Source: Lingula anatina (Eukaryota > Animalia > Brachiopoda). From it: a stretch of 64,000 bases of DNA. The position numbers were made by a program, and so were the translations under genes. This document shows, piece after piece, positions 38,301-50,491 of the stretch. The notes beneath the pieces are model-generated. The model had not been told where the DNA came from and searched no databases. It saw nothing but the letters and a program-made list of their open reading frames with translations. The stretch covers positions 5,828,001-5,892,000 of the forward strand of contig CM120645.1 in assembly GCA_051362555.1 (NCBI GenBank), given 5' to 3'. Each line of letters opens with the position of its first letter. Position 1 is the stretch's first letter.

Positions 38301-41300
38301 TACGCCGCGGGATACTCAGGGCACAGACCGTGATCACAAGATACCGCAAATAGATTTTTAGAAAATAGATTTTCCATGTGAACGCAGCCTTAAACGAGGC
38401 ATGTACGTGAATAATAGAGAGTTCAGTTTCCAATATCTTTGGAAACACATTTGAGAATATGAAACTCCATGTCAGAATAACAGTCTGTCATTTTTACTAG
38501 AAGTGCTAGTTGTCTGGTAATGTTTGGATAAAACTCTTTTTCTGTTTTAATTCAGACCAAGCTTTTGTCTTGAATGGACCTTAGTTTAAAGAGAAAGAGA
38601 AGTTCTCACGCTGTCAATCTTCCATACTCCATAGATCTTATACTGTACTGTCTCAGATGTAATCCTTGAGGGATATAATATGGAGTCAGATTGATCTATG
38701 GATTATAGCTCTCAATCTTGCATCAACATCAGTAAGGACACATTCAAATTGGACAAGTAAAGGTCACCTTAAGGTCAGAATACGGCCGTGTTGGTGGTGG
38801 GGGGGACTAATACTTGTCTTATTTGAATTGAAATAAGCTAAACCAGTATCACAAGGATATTTGCATTTGGTGATAATGTTTTATTTTTGATGATTTAGGC
38901 ATTTTACCCTGTTCAAAATGGAAAGTAAATTGTTTGTAGAACATACTAGAGGACTTGTCCCCTCTGTAGAACTCAAAAGTCTGATCACATTACACCAGTT
39001 CTTCATGATTTACATTGGTTACCTATATCTCAAAGGATAATTTATAAAATGATACTTATGACTTTTAACATTTTAAAGGGCGACTGTCCATATTATAGAA
39101 CAAGCTAGTTCCATCAGAACATAAAGGTCAACAGTGGGCAAATTCTACCAAAGCAAAAAAAAAAAAAAAAAAAAGAATGTAAAAGCAGATGGTCATGTAA
39201 GTTATGAGATTAGTTTTATGGTCTGTTTAAAATCAAATCAAATCAAATGTCTCCATAGCACTTCTGATAGTGAAAAAGAAATTAAAAACCTTTTTTATTT
39301 ACGGAATAGTATATCGTTGATTTATGCCCCATATTTTCTTTTGATTATCTTTAAAATAATCTTTGTAGTTTAAAATTCTATATGCAGTAATAATATGTAG
39401 CAATTAAGCAGTACTAGGCCATACACACGTGTATTGTGGTCTTTTTTTCTTGAAAGAAATTAATTATCTAGACATTCAGGACATTGGCTGTCCTAGCCAA
39501 CTATAGGGATGAAGAAAAGTGATTTAAGTATTTGAAAATATTTACTTAGTACTAAGTATTTCTGTGAGTTAAGGAATTTTCCTTGCTATGTGCCAACAAT
39601 TGTACATACACAATGTTTTTCAACATTGTCATCAGCAGCTTTTTTTTTTTAAATTTCATTTCAGTTCTTTAATATGGTTTAAAACATTTTGTTAACATTC
39701 ATGATGTACACTCAGTGAGTTAATGTCATTCCACATGATTTTATAGCCCTCTGACCGATGTTTATGAAAAAATAATAAGTATATTTTTGATCTTATTGAG
39801 TATGGTGTGGATACACCCTAATGGTCACTGACATTCCCTTTAGTCTCTTGTATTATTAACCTAAGTACTGATCCATTAAGACTTAGCTGCCAGAAAAAAT
39901 CTTTTTAATCCCATCGGTCCCTGAACTATGACCCAAGTGGGCTGTTAAGAATACAGGATTCCAGGAAGAGAATTTATACTCTGTGCAGTGGATGTGTCTG
40001 AAGCACAGACTGAATTAATATCCCTAGAGATGTCAACACTTTTACTGTATTTTCACGCAAGGTACACCATAACCAGAACATCACTGTTGACCAGATTATG
40101 ATCTGTAAATAAGTTTACAAATCTAATGGCTCAAAGCAAAAACAGTTGCCAATAACAAAATTTACAAAATATAACTGCCTCAGCTTTCATTTATTGGCAT
40201 TTGACATGAAACCAGTGTTACTGCATGTGGCAGACTAAAACTATGTACAGGTTGGTGTGGGCCACGTAAACATGGGTGTGCATGAGCATCACGTATGCTG
40301 TCGCAGAATTTTCAGCCTATGTCTTTGTTCTTGTATACAACTTTCGTATGTTAGCATTTACATGTAGTAAATCTCATCATTTTAATGCATGGCACTTTAT
40401 TTACTCATTTCAGGAGAAGCTTTTAGACTGCATTGATCTCATATTATCAAAGAAAGGCCTGCTTCCTCCACAGTCTCCTGGGGCTGAGCAAAACTCTATC
40501 TATGCAGCCACGCCCAGGTATGGCATGACAAGCAAAGAGTCCAGTATCAGTGTAGAAGATTTGGTGTGTGGGGCACTAGAGGCAGCTTTTGTTGAAATGG
40601 TAAGAAGTGGATCAGTGGGTACTGTATGTAGACTGTACGTGTATGTCCAAAAACAGAAGAGAACTTATAGTATTGATTCAGGAAAAGGGGGGGGGGGTTT
40701 ACACAGATGATTATACTTGACTAGATCTGCCTCCTTGTCAACTTTTATGTTTCTTAGGTTAAATTAATAATAAGTTTGTATTCTTTGATGTCAGTTTATG
40801 TTAAATAGCTATATATGTTCTATATTTTATATTGACTCTTATATGACTACTGAAGCTCCCCAATCTACTAGTACTTAAAATAACATGACTTTTTTATTTC
40901 ATTGCCCTTTAACTTGAGATTTTCAACAATTTTTCATTAATTTTATTATTTTTATGCTTTTAAAGTTCAATATACAGTTCAATTCAAGTAATACAGCTCA
41001 ATTGTACAGAAGGCAATGTAATATGTCTTTCAGGATAACCATATAGCGCGTGAGAGGACCACATTTCGGATAATAGGGGGGTGCACGGCCCTGGTGGCCT
41101 TGTTCTTCATGGACAAGTTGTATGTGGCAAATGCAGGGGATTGCAGGTACTACAGAAATTACGTAGCCTTTATAGTCAAAAATATAAAATGACAATGGCG
41201 GGATGTTAACATTTTGTTTTATCCTGATTCTTACCCTGTGTTATTAGTTGAAGGGAATTTGTAAGTTGAATGTTTTTTGTAACTTGAATGTAATGATTTA

Positions 41301-41440
41301 TCACAATGAAGATTATTTCCTTCATTCCTTCAGGGCTGTGATAGTGAAAGATGGGACCTCTATACAAATGTCTAAAGATTTCACACCTGAGTCAGAGAGG
41401 CAAAGACTACAGTATTTAGTGAGTATTTTGTTGGGATCTG

Positions 41441-41491
<51 letters not shown>

Positions 41492-44390
41492 CACAAATGA
41501 CTAGTGTAATGAATTTTGCAGGTGATTGAAAAAAAAAGAGAAAGAATTGAATTTGTGTTTTTATAATTCTGAAAACATAGATGTTTGCCTTACGTAAATA
41601 TTTTCTTACTATTCTAGTCCACCATTAACATGAGCCACCACCTGATGAGTTCACACATCCAGAAAGTGTTAACAAATGTTGAAACTTGGCATTCTTAATA
41701 AATTATACTTTTGAAATACATCTAGGGAAAAGGCTATTAACACATTTTTTTCATAATTATCCAGGGATATCTTCAGCCAGAGCTACTACATAATGAGTTC
41801 ACACATCTAGATTTCCCCAGACGTGTCCATAAAAAAGACATTGGAAAGAGGATGCTGTACAGGGATGCACAGATGTCTGGTTGGTAAGGCAAAAGTTACA
41901 AAGTTTGAGAATTTCACATCATAAAATAGAGTAATAAGGTTCTCACTTAATTCAGATATGACAAACTCAGTCACTATATTTCACAATTTTCAAAAATTTT
42001 TTCATAAAGTAATCATTAAGGCATTTTAAATGTTGATTTGTAAAGGCCGCATATTTTTTCATTGGGCCACTGAATATTGTAAAAATTTTCTTGAATATAC
42101 TTGAAATTTGATGCAAAAATCAAATAAAAGTGTAGAAATATTAGCTCAATAGTTAGGTATCTAACATTATCATTATAATCATTATATTCACTTCAGGGCA
42201 TACAAGACAGTAGAAGAGGGTGACCTCAAGTTTCCTCTGGTATTTGGAGATGGGAAAAGGGTAAAATAAGTTTCTGAAAGCCCAATTACACTAGGCCTCA
42301 CCCCCTGTTTCACAAAATAACTATAAAAAATGAAAGTAGGTTTTTATTTCTGCAACCTCATTTCTTTTATTTGGACCCAGGATTAAACAGACAGTTCTTT
42401 TGCTGAACAGGTTCCCTTTCAAGGCCTAAATATGGTCACTTATTTTATTCTTGCATGTTCTGATGGGTTTGTGGAGGCAGGTATTTTCTGGATTGTGCTG
42501 TTTATCATATATAACACAATGAGAATCCCCAACTAAGGAGTTAATATGGCATTGGAAATTATTAAATGCTTATACATGATTATTGGCATATTAGCAAAAT
42601 ACATGGCTATTCATGTTACTAATAAAGTTCTACTTATTGCTCACATCCACAGTTTTTATCCCAAGATGCAAGTTTTAAAGTTAACATTGTATCTTTGTTT
42701 TTTTTTTTTTTTTTCATTTTTTAATGTTATATATCAGATCATGAAGTTTAATAGAAAAAATCTTAGCATCTGTATATGAAATAAAGCTTTAGCCCCCTCC
42801 CTCCCCCTCCAAAAAAAAAGGGGGGGTCTACAGTTATATAATAGTTCGAATTTTTCTATAATGTAAACATTTCTATTTTAACAGGCCAGGGTGCTAGCCA
42901 CAATAGGTGTAACACGGGGATTTGGAGATCACGACTTAATGGTGCATGATTCTAATATACATATAAAACCATTCCTAACTCCAGTACCAGAGGTAAGGGT
43001 ACAGCTGTGCAATACATAAATATATACACACACACGTGCACACACACACACACATGCACGGGTGCAAGCAATAGTTCACAATAATACAGCTACCTACTTA
43101 ATTGGTAAGGCCCATAGTCAGAGGTTGAGAAATGACAAATCTAACCATTACCCTACTATGATGAGGAGGAGTACATTGTTAGATTATTTCAAAGTTCAAA
43201 AAGGTGAGCAGGGCTCACAGTGCGTATCATAAATGTATTTTGTAAGTAATTTAAATGTCATGTCATAATGAAATGGAACTTTGAAATAAATGATTGGGTA
43301 TTTGAACATGTTTGGAAAAAAAATGTTTCTTCACATGATTCTGAGGCCATAATTTTAAATCAAATTAAAAAATGCCTCACAAAACTCATTATCTCCTTAA
43401 TAACTCTGGATAATAATATAACATAACTGGATAGTATGTATCCCTTGATATGTCAAGGTCATGTACATTCTTTTTAAAAATTTTAGAGATATTTGAAAAT
43501 TTTAACATTTTAGTGATATTACTCCAGGTTAAGGTGTATGACATGACAAGCTGTAAGCACTCGGAGGATGATGTACTTATATTGGGCTCAGACGGCTACT
43601 GGGATGTGACCAGTAACGAGAAGACAGTAGATTTAGTGTTAGAATCACTGAAGCATTATCATAAAGGTGATCAAAGCAGGTGAGTTGATAATATACTGAG
43701 CTTCTCTCTTTTGTGTGGCAGGGCATCATGGGGAATAGTACTGTTGTTTTAATCACGATGTATTATAATAACATAAGTGTGTAGAGACATGTCATGTTTG
43801 TGTAGAATGTGCTGGGTGAGACTGTTTGATGCCTTCATGTTGGGCAAGTTTGCTCCTTTGTGAGATTGTGTTTGGTGAGATTTTGTTTGATGTGATTGCA
43901 CTAGGTGAGATTGTGTTGCACCGGATTGTGCTGGCCATGCATTAGAGTCTGGGGTGTGTAACAGCAATGAGGAGAGAGTAGAAGTAACTGTTATGATAAA
44001 ATCATTGAAAACTTTTCATTGAAGAAACTGGTATTGTTGAGTGTCCACCTTCTGCAAAGGTGTCAACCAGTGCTGAAGGGCTGTACAAGTCTTGGTTTGA
44101 CTTTCTACTTCTAATGTACAGAATGAAACATAATGAGGCACTCTGTGTCACTGCCGAGAGAAATATTTATGTATATAATTTATTTTGTCTCCCCTAGATA
44201 CACTCGCCTGGCACAGGACCTAGTAATGTTTGCACGGGGGCTTCTCAAGGGTAGAGCATGGAAGACTGAGGGTGATAAATCGGCATCAGGGGACGATATC
44301 ACAATATTTGCCATTCCACTGTATAGGTACAAGCCACTGAATTTAGGGAAATCAAGGACATCACAAACTAACAGTATCCCTAACAGCTGA
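21138..44390 (+). CDS. PPM1H: Protein phosphatase 1H/1J/1M-like (PP2C/PPM family), ~506 aa, 11 exons
   Basis: Exons 21138-21373, 35882-36038, 36960-37067, 40414-40599, 41034-41146, 41334-41418, 41765-41883, 42197-42260, 42885-42992, 43528-43679, 44198-44390 (1521 nt, in frame). Motifs: RPDFL, GYAEVINGGKSKYNEDQA, FDGHAG, ANAGDCRA, DFTPESERQRLQ, ARVLATIGVTRGFGDHDL, LGSDGYWD, SGDDIT. Confidence 0.93.
22912..25849 (+). mobile_element. Non-autonomous Helentron/HINE (DINE-1-like) element, copy 1, in PPM1H intron 1
   Basis: 5' subterminal repeat TTGTACCACCAGC with nearby inverted copy GCTGGCGGTACA, then a (CCGGCTCCG)n microsatellite and a central 146-bp tandem array. The 3' end has inverted subTIR GCTGGTGGTACAA, hairpin GAGGCG-GTAT-CGCCTC and terminal CTAGTTT. 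No TSD seen. Confidence 0.8.
23927..25645. repeat. 146-bp tandem satellite-like array, ~12 units
   Basis: The unit start TATCTCCAAAACTGG recurs at 23927, 24073, 24219, 24365, 24511, 24657, 24811 (after an 8-bp insertion), 24957, 25103, 25249 and 25395, with a degenerate copy near 25540. Confidence 0.97.
26287..26326. repeat. (TA)n microsatellite
   Basis: Pure TA run; similar runs occur at ~20775-20806, ~48725-48777 and ~52933-52962. Confidence 0.95.
27635..28175. mobile_element. Non-autonomous TIR element with TACGG...CCGTA ends and 6-bp TSD (IS3EU-like)
   Basis: TIRs are TACGGAAGCCCACTGGTGCCATATGT and ACATATGGCACCAGTCGGCTTCCGTA. AAAATG is duplicated at 27629-27634 and 28176-28181, and the empty site is visible in copy 1 (CAAAATGTGCAG near 23677). 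It contains three TATCTCGAAATTTCGAGATA palindromes. Confidence 0.8.
28426..29120. repeat. 146-bp tandem array, ~5 units
   Basis: Units start at 28426, 28572, 28718, 28864 and 29010, with the same monomer as 23927-25645. Confidence 0.96.
31710..31737. repeat. Poly(G) tract (G-quadruplex-capable)
   Basis: About 28 consecutive G in PPM1H intron 1. Confidence 0.9.
32910..33098. mobile_element. MITE of the same family as 6168-6334, opposite orientation
   Basis: Ends CAGGCCCATA...CAGGTCTG, flanked by GTGTG on both sides. The internal sequence resembles the reverse complement of 6168-6334. Confidence 0.7.
33564..33731. mobile_element. MITE with CAGGGG...CCCCTG ends and 5-bp TSD
   Basis: Imperfect TIR CAGGGGCAGATTTAG / CTGGATCCCCCCCTG, with CTTCT on both sides and internal GAAGACGGTCAA repeats. 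Confidence 0.7.
35168..35542. mobile_element. Tc1/mariner-type MITE
   Basis: TIR of ~35 bp, CAGGGTGTCTCAATATAGATGGAACCCACAAATAT / ATATTTGTGGGTTCCATCTATATTGAGACCCCCTG, flanked by TA on both sides. Confidence 0.88.
36493..36711. mobile_element. Degenerate foldback/MITE-like element
   Basis: GAGTGTCAG...GGCTGGTCATGTGACAGG at the left end is mirrored by CCTGTCACATGACCAGCC...CTGACACTC at the right end. Confidence 0.55.
38141..38389. mobile_element. PIF/Harbinger-type (Tourist-like) foldback MITE
   Basis: Ends GGCTGCATTCACATG / CATGTGAACGCAGCC with TTA on both sides. The arms are ~100-bp imperfect inverted repeats with CpGs retained. Confidence 0.88.
41443..41486. repeat. (GT)n microsatellite
   Basis: About 22 GT units just downstream of the PPM1H exon 6 donor. 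Confidence 0.95.
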
Positions 44391-45998
44391 TAAACCATAG
44401 TTTTAGCCATATACATGATATTTTGAAATAAATCACTACAGGTATTAAGTAATGCTATAATGATGAAAACGTGGACCTGTTTGTCTGCTGGAAGACTTTC
44501 AGGTCTTCTTGATGGATGTTTTTAAATGTCACAAGGGAAAAGCAAACTTAAGTTGATTTCTTAAATATACTACTTTGGAGGACTAGCAACCTGTATGGCT
44601 GTGACTGCCTTAGAAAATGCAGTTTTTAATCAGGACAACAAATGTGGAAATATATCTAAGGCTTACCTGGAGCATCGCTCAGTTGAAATAATTCCACTTG
44701 GGATATGTTTTATGTTTACAAATTGAAAGAAATGTTGCTGCTGCCGCCATGAGACCCAGTACCATACGCACAGTGGATTAATTATATTGCCTTTTCAATG
44801 ATGTTGCTGCAAGACACCTGGCAAATTAATTTTTTTTTTTTTTTCGGAAGATGCCAGGACAGAGTTAAACAATAGCTGTATGGATTTCTTCTCTCAAATT
44901 TTACAGCTGAGTTACAGTACCAAGGATCCATTTTTGTAAATGCATGTATTCATTATAAATATGTTGTAAAAAAGACAGTTATATGACTATTGTCCATTGG
45001 CATTTTGTCTGCCAATGTCATAAATATGTTAGATAAGAATTGGAAAACATTTTAAAAGTAAAGGCAGGCCTTATTGTATATACTGTAAGAAGAATAATGG
45101 GATTCCATTTGTTGTTCTTTTCAAAACTTTATCAGCTCTGTAAGTTACTTTTTAGTTTCTTTTTGATAAGTTATTGATATAACTGTTGAAAGAAGAATCT
45201 TTATAAACTTCTTTCATCTGTGCTGTCTTGAGAATTGCCGTATAAATTTGGAAATTTCCCAAAATTAAACATAAAATAGAGAAAACAAGACTGTGCCTGA
45301 AATGAGTCAAAGTCGTCTTCTAATCAAACAGACAGATCTTTAACAAACCAACTTGTCACCAAAATTTTAAAAACAGAATGTGCCACTTTGCATATTTTAA
45401 ATCATAAAAAAGTAACAGCAACTTATTTGTTCCCAAAGCAAACTGTTTTTCGATCATTTTAAAACTGATTTTCACCTATCTGGCCTTAGCCTTGGCAAAT
45501 GGTGTATATTTGTAATTGTTATGTAGCAACAAGTTGCTATTGGAAATTCAGTGTCAAAGCATCGTACTTAATATTATTAGCTTAACACTATCAAAGAATT
45601 ATTTATTATAATCATTTAAGGGATTGTGCATAAGAGCACTTGCTGTAAGAATATTGGTAATTTTGTTTTACTATTTACTTCTTTAGAAGGTAAACAGGGT
45701 ATGTTCAGTCATTGCAGTCATACTTACTTTTTTATGATTAAGATAGAAATTGTTTCACCATTAACTCAAAACACAGTGAATTAATAGTGAAAACATTTCT
45801 ATGGTAATCATAGAGTGCAATAACAAGTCTTAAGTTTTTCTATACATATGTTATAAAATATCTATATGAATATATTGTGATCAATATGTAAAATATAACA
45901 AAACAGTTTGTACAAAGTCGGATTACAAATGTTCAGCTAAGTGCAGGTTTTCATGGAGGTACATGAAAAACAGAAGCACAGATGAACAGGGAAATCTT

Positions 45999-46205
45999 AA
46001 TCCAGTTACAGTTCATTAAGTGATAGAGAATAGGTGGTAGTTAATGAATCACTTATGATTACATGCTAAATCTGAATCTAGTTTTAATTCATTAAGTAAT
46101 AGAGAATAGGTAGAAGTTAAAATGACACGAGTTATGATTACACGTTAAATATGAATCCAGTTATAATTCATGAAGACAGAGAGAGGAGCTGGAAGTTAAA
46201 ATAAC
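45999..46205. repeat. Degenerate ~77-bp tandem repeat, 3 copies
   Basis: AATCCAGTTA...TTCATTAAGT.ATAGAGAATAGGT...AGTTAA at ~45999, ~46076 and ~46154. Confidence 0.7.
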
Positions 46206-48030
46206 ATCACTCAATAAAATGCTACACGCTTAGTGATAATATTCATAATTTATCGTGGGAATTTTTCAAAAATGTGCAATAAATTCAGACTTGGTTATCT
46301 CTGTTGGTGTTAATAGTTCTCTAGAATGAAGTCATATTAAAGAAAGATGAAAAGTGGTTGTTGTAACTCTTGGTGGCAGGATGTACAAGATGACCTGCAT
46401 CACATTTGTAACAACAACAGGATCATGTGGTAAATCTGTGGTCTGAGATATCTGATATCAATTGAGGGAATGCAGTTAAGTCTCTTCAGAAACCATTGGT
46501 CCACACAAATAAATACACTGAAGTCTATTGCCCTTGAACTTGCGGGGAGGGGGGGGGACTTCTTGTCTTTTTACGCATAGTTTAAGATTATTTGTATCAA
46601 TCTTGGGACATAATGATCTCTCCTAAAACGAAGACCTAAGGCAAGGAAACCCCCAAGAACTATTCTTTAGTCTGGGTTATATGGCATCAGTCCCAGAAAT
46701 GTTGTTTAATTATAACCCATCAGACTGCAGACACACATGAAGAAACTCAAGTATCCATTGTCCTTGTAACAGAAGGTATGTACTGTCCTCAAGTTTACAG
46801 GCCAAGGCAAAGAAAACCAACAATATACAAGAAATCCACTTCAAATGGACTTATCTGAAAATTTTATGTTTAGCCATGTGAAGCATTGAGATTTACCTGT
46901 ACAATGGAGGAATTAAATGTTGAGATCATATTCCCTTGATAACTGTAAAAATATTCCGTCAGTTATTCTAAGATATTAAAAAGACAGGTCAAGACACTGC
47001 TCAAAGTATGCAACAGAGAAAAAAAAACGTGACAAGCTTACTACAAACAATCTTTTAAGACATACACTTTTTAATGGATTGGCTTTCCTTTTATAAGATC
47101 TTTGATCCTTATATATCATTTCATTCAAGAATCTTCGATGAAGAAAAAAATGTAAATTTGATTATCTATTCTAATGCCATCTTTAAACTGATTTTTAGAA
47201 GTAATCCGATTTTAAGAAGAGCAGTTGAAATACAGTAGAGATCAGTTGAAATTACACTTAAAGAAATAGAATGCTCTCTGATAAACTAACTTTTAATTAT
47301 TTTTTCATATGTTTTATTGTGAAAATACAGTTATCACACCATCACAAACAAACTCATCACAGAAGACGAACAGATTCTTAAAATAGGTGCAAATTGAACA
47401 TCAAAATATGAATTGGTCCCCAAAATAAATATGCCTTAAATACTAGTCGAATGTTCAGGTAAACATCACAGCATAATGTGATCACACAAATGAATAATAT
47501 TTAAGTCCAACAAAACATGTTTACAATACGAAATTGAGACAGAAATATCTGTATGGCGACACCTAATGCTGGCTTATATCTCATATCAGTCTTCAATTAT
47601 ATCAATGCCTGTTTAACTTGTTATATATATTATAGAGATCATAATATTGCACAATCAACATGCCTTAAGATGATGGTTGCCAGAATATCACATCTGCAAA
47701 AATCCCTGAGAGGAATGTTCAGTTGTGGTGGTTTGGTCATGTTAAAATGGGCTTGTTTTCTAATGGTGTATGTTTTATGACAAGGCATTGCTCTTAAGTG
47801 ACATCTCAAGTGCACCTAGTCACACGTATGGTTTACAGAAGGGTCACCTCCTGTGTTCTCATCAAGTCACTAAACCATGTCCTTTGAAGAGTAATGTGTA
47901 GATGACCTATGAAATAGATTGTTCGGAAAGACTGCTGGAATGATCTTCAGGAAACCTCCTGATATGTGTCTGTGGTTATTTTGGTCAAGAAGTTGTGTGC
48001 GTCTAAGGCTTTCACGGTGGTACAATTCAT

Positions 48031-48719
48031 CTATAATAATGTGCAAGAACTGAAAAGAGAAATGAAGAATTTCTAGACATAAAGTATATGCACAGAAACT
48101 CAATGACATAATTATATAACTGCACATAAAATAATTTAATTGAAACATATAAAGAAAAATGGGAGGGGGTTTGCAATTCAACGTGAAGAGTCATATCAAG
48201 ACATCAGCTAAGCTAAATATCAGGCTTTAGTGCTTCTGCCATAAAAAGCAGACTAGTAAACTGGAAATTTTGTTTAAGTCAATTAACAGCTATAAAAAAT
48301 GTACCCACAATGAATATTTAATGAAATAAATGCTTAATATGAAATATTTACTTTAAAATCGGGCACAAAGATTACATGAGACATTACCAGTCAAAACGAA
48401 TGTTTATGAATAAATGTTTGTCAACATGAACATATGCCACTATGCCATGTATTGAATATGTAGCAAAATAATATATTCATTCCACAGCAGCTAATATTCA
48501 GCAATTGGTTAAATGGAACAAGCGTAAAATTGCTAAGAGAAAGCGAGAGAAGAATGTATATTAAAAGGTAAGTTGTTTAGGACCTGGCTAACAACTGTCA
48601 GTGTCTGATAGCAGGGTGTGCAGCTTTGCAGCTTTCAGAACTTGTCATCTTGACGAATGCCTCATGGCTGGCACTCACCTAGACACCAAAGCCCTGTAGC
48701 ACTCACCAAAAATTTCAGG

Positions 48720-48783
<64 letters not shown>

Positions 48784-50093
48784 ATGCTTTAATGAAATAT
48801 GGTCACAATAAGTAAGGACTGAATTCAATGTAAATTCGTAATCACAATTATTCAAAATTAGTTTCATACATTTTGAGCATGTTTTAGTGCCCAGACACCA
48901 TTAGCCAAAGTGGTGAGTCATTCATTTGCAGTACTAGCCAGTCAATGTCAACACATGCTATGGCGAGTTGGCAAGTGGTTATTTCACACCAGGTGAAAGT
49001 AAGATAGTACTGTACATACTGTAGTTGCCCGAAAGAAAAGTGACTGCAGCCACTCAGGATCAGATACAGAAGAGCTGTATAGTTGTTACCTGAATGAGAT
49101 ATTAGGCAGCAAGCAGGGATCCACCTACTTTGACTTTGTATCACGTGGACATTTGCAGCGCTCTTCGACTGGGACACCCTTTAAGGCTTGTTCTATGTGC
49201 TGACCACAGCCTGAAAAACCACATTAAATCAGGCAATAACAATATGTACAGGTCTAATATCAGTTCATTCTTAAACCGTAGATTCTGTAATTTACATGAT
49301 TACTTGGTTAATAAAATTTATTTTAAACAAAAACTTTAAAATTTATTTTTAAAATTAATTTCTAGCATGCTTAAAAGTAAACTTTTGAAGAGCTGTATTC
49401 TTTCCAAAGTTAAACACTACAGCATTTTAAATTCTTAGCTAAAACAGTCAGAAAATAATAATCAGAAAATTTTATTATCGTTTTTTTCAACAAGTACAAG
49501 TTAGCACAAACTTCATGGGTTAGCACTGCTATTGACAATTTTGATTTCATTTCTGTGCCAATGTATAAAAGCAAAGGCCTAAAAAAATGTAAAATTAAAT
49601 GAAAACCAGTTTCCGAACCAGACGTGGATATTACCAATTACTGACAGTTCTGCTGATGAGCAAACTGGCTGGCTTTACAGGATGAGAGGTAAGATAAAAA
49701 TCTAAGAGCTTTTACTGGTGCAGAAACTGATCTTCATTTAACACTTTTTGAGGCCTTTTATGGGTTTATTGGCTGTAGAAATTTGAGGTTCCAATTACTA
49801 ATAATATTAACAGCTAATAAAAACTGTAAAAAAAAAACTGTTTGAAAAGTGTAAGTTAATTACAGGGTGGGGGGATACTACAAAAATACCTAAAGTTGAA
49901 GTAATGGAGAGAGGGTTGCCATGGAAAGGCCTCATACAAACACACTTAAATGAAAAAATGACCCAAGGAGTTCAGGGGGTAAAATGTACAATATATTTAT
50001 CGAATTTACCTGTAAGCATTGTATTCCTTAATCAATTAACTCACCTCCCCAGGTTGGTTTTCCACACTTCTCGCATGTCTTTTTAAAGCACAT
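48031..50093 (-). CDS. 49-aa Cys/His-rich microprotein with C-terminal CaaX box: MCFKKTCEKCGKPTWGGCGQHIEQALKGVPVEERCKCPRDTKSNSCTLL
   Basis: Exon 50093-50045 has AAAATG start context and donor GTGAGT. Exon 49210-49129 has acceptor TTTTTCAG and donor GTAGGT. Exon 48049-48031 has acceptor TTTCTCTTTTCAG and a TAG stop. Total 150 nt with compatible phases. The TWGG|CGQH motif spans the first junction. Confidence 0.8.
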
Positions 50094-50491
50094 TTTGATT
50101 TTCGTCCAACCCCAATTCTTTTCTTCTCGGTGATCTTATGGAATTTTCAGGCTTATGTTAAACGGCAGAAAGTTCTAATTGAAATAAATCCGCTAAATTT
50201 AGTAAACTAGTGTGAAAGTGCAGACGACCTTGCTTTTAAAATACGTGCTTATATATAGTAAGTGCGCATGCGTCAAGATAAGTCTTTAGTAAATTCGGTG
50301 AAAGGATTTAAATCTTATTTCAGACACAATAACGTAGTAAAAAAAACTGAATTATATACTTGTATCATCTGGCAAATTAATACGGGCTATAATACAGACT
50401 GAATATATATTTTTGGCTTGTCTTGGATCAACCTCGTTGCTGTTTACAGTAGCAACAACATGGCGGTCATATGTCGGTCTCTTTGGTTGGG
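50094..50491. promoter_or_regulatory. Putative bidirectional promoter (microprotein / EFCAB12)
   Basis: NRF1-like TGCGCATGCG (50263-50272), forkhead-like TGTTTAC overlapping X-box-like GTTTACAGTAGCAAC (~50441-50456), YY1-like AACATGGCGG (~50457), and a GTAAGT donor at 50492. Confidence 0.55.

Noticed and set aside
47870-48181. 103-aa minus-strand ORF over the microprotein's last exon
   Set aside because: It starts in intron-like sequence and its frame does not match the upstream exon phase. The CTLL-stop frame fits.
48583-48680. Possible extra exon in microprotein intron 2
   Set aside because: Splice signals are weak or ambiguous, and joining it gives an immediate stop. It cannot be supported without RNA data.
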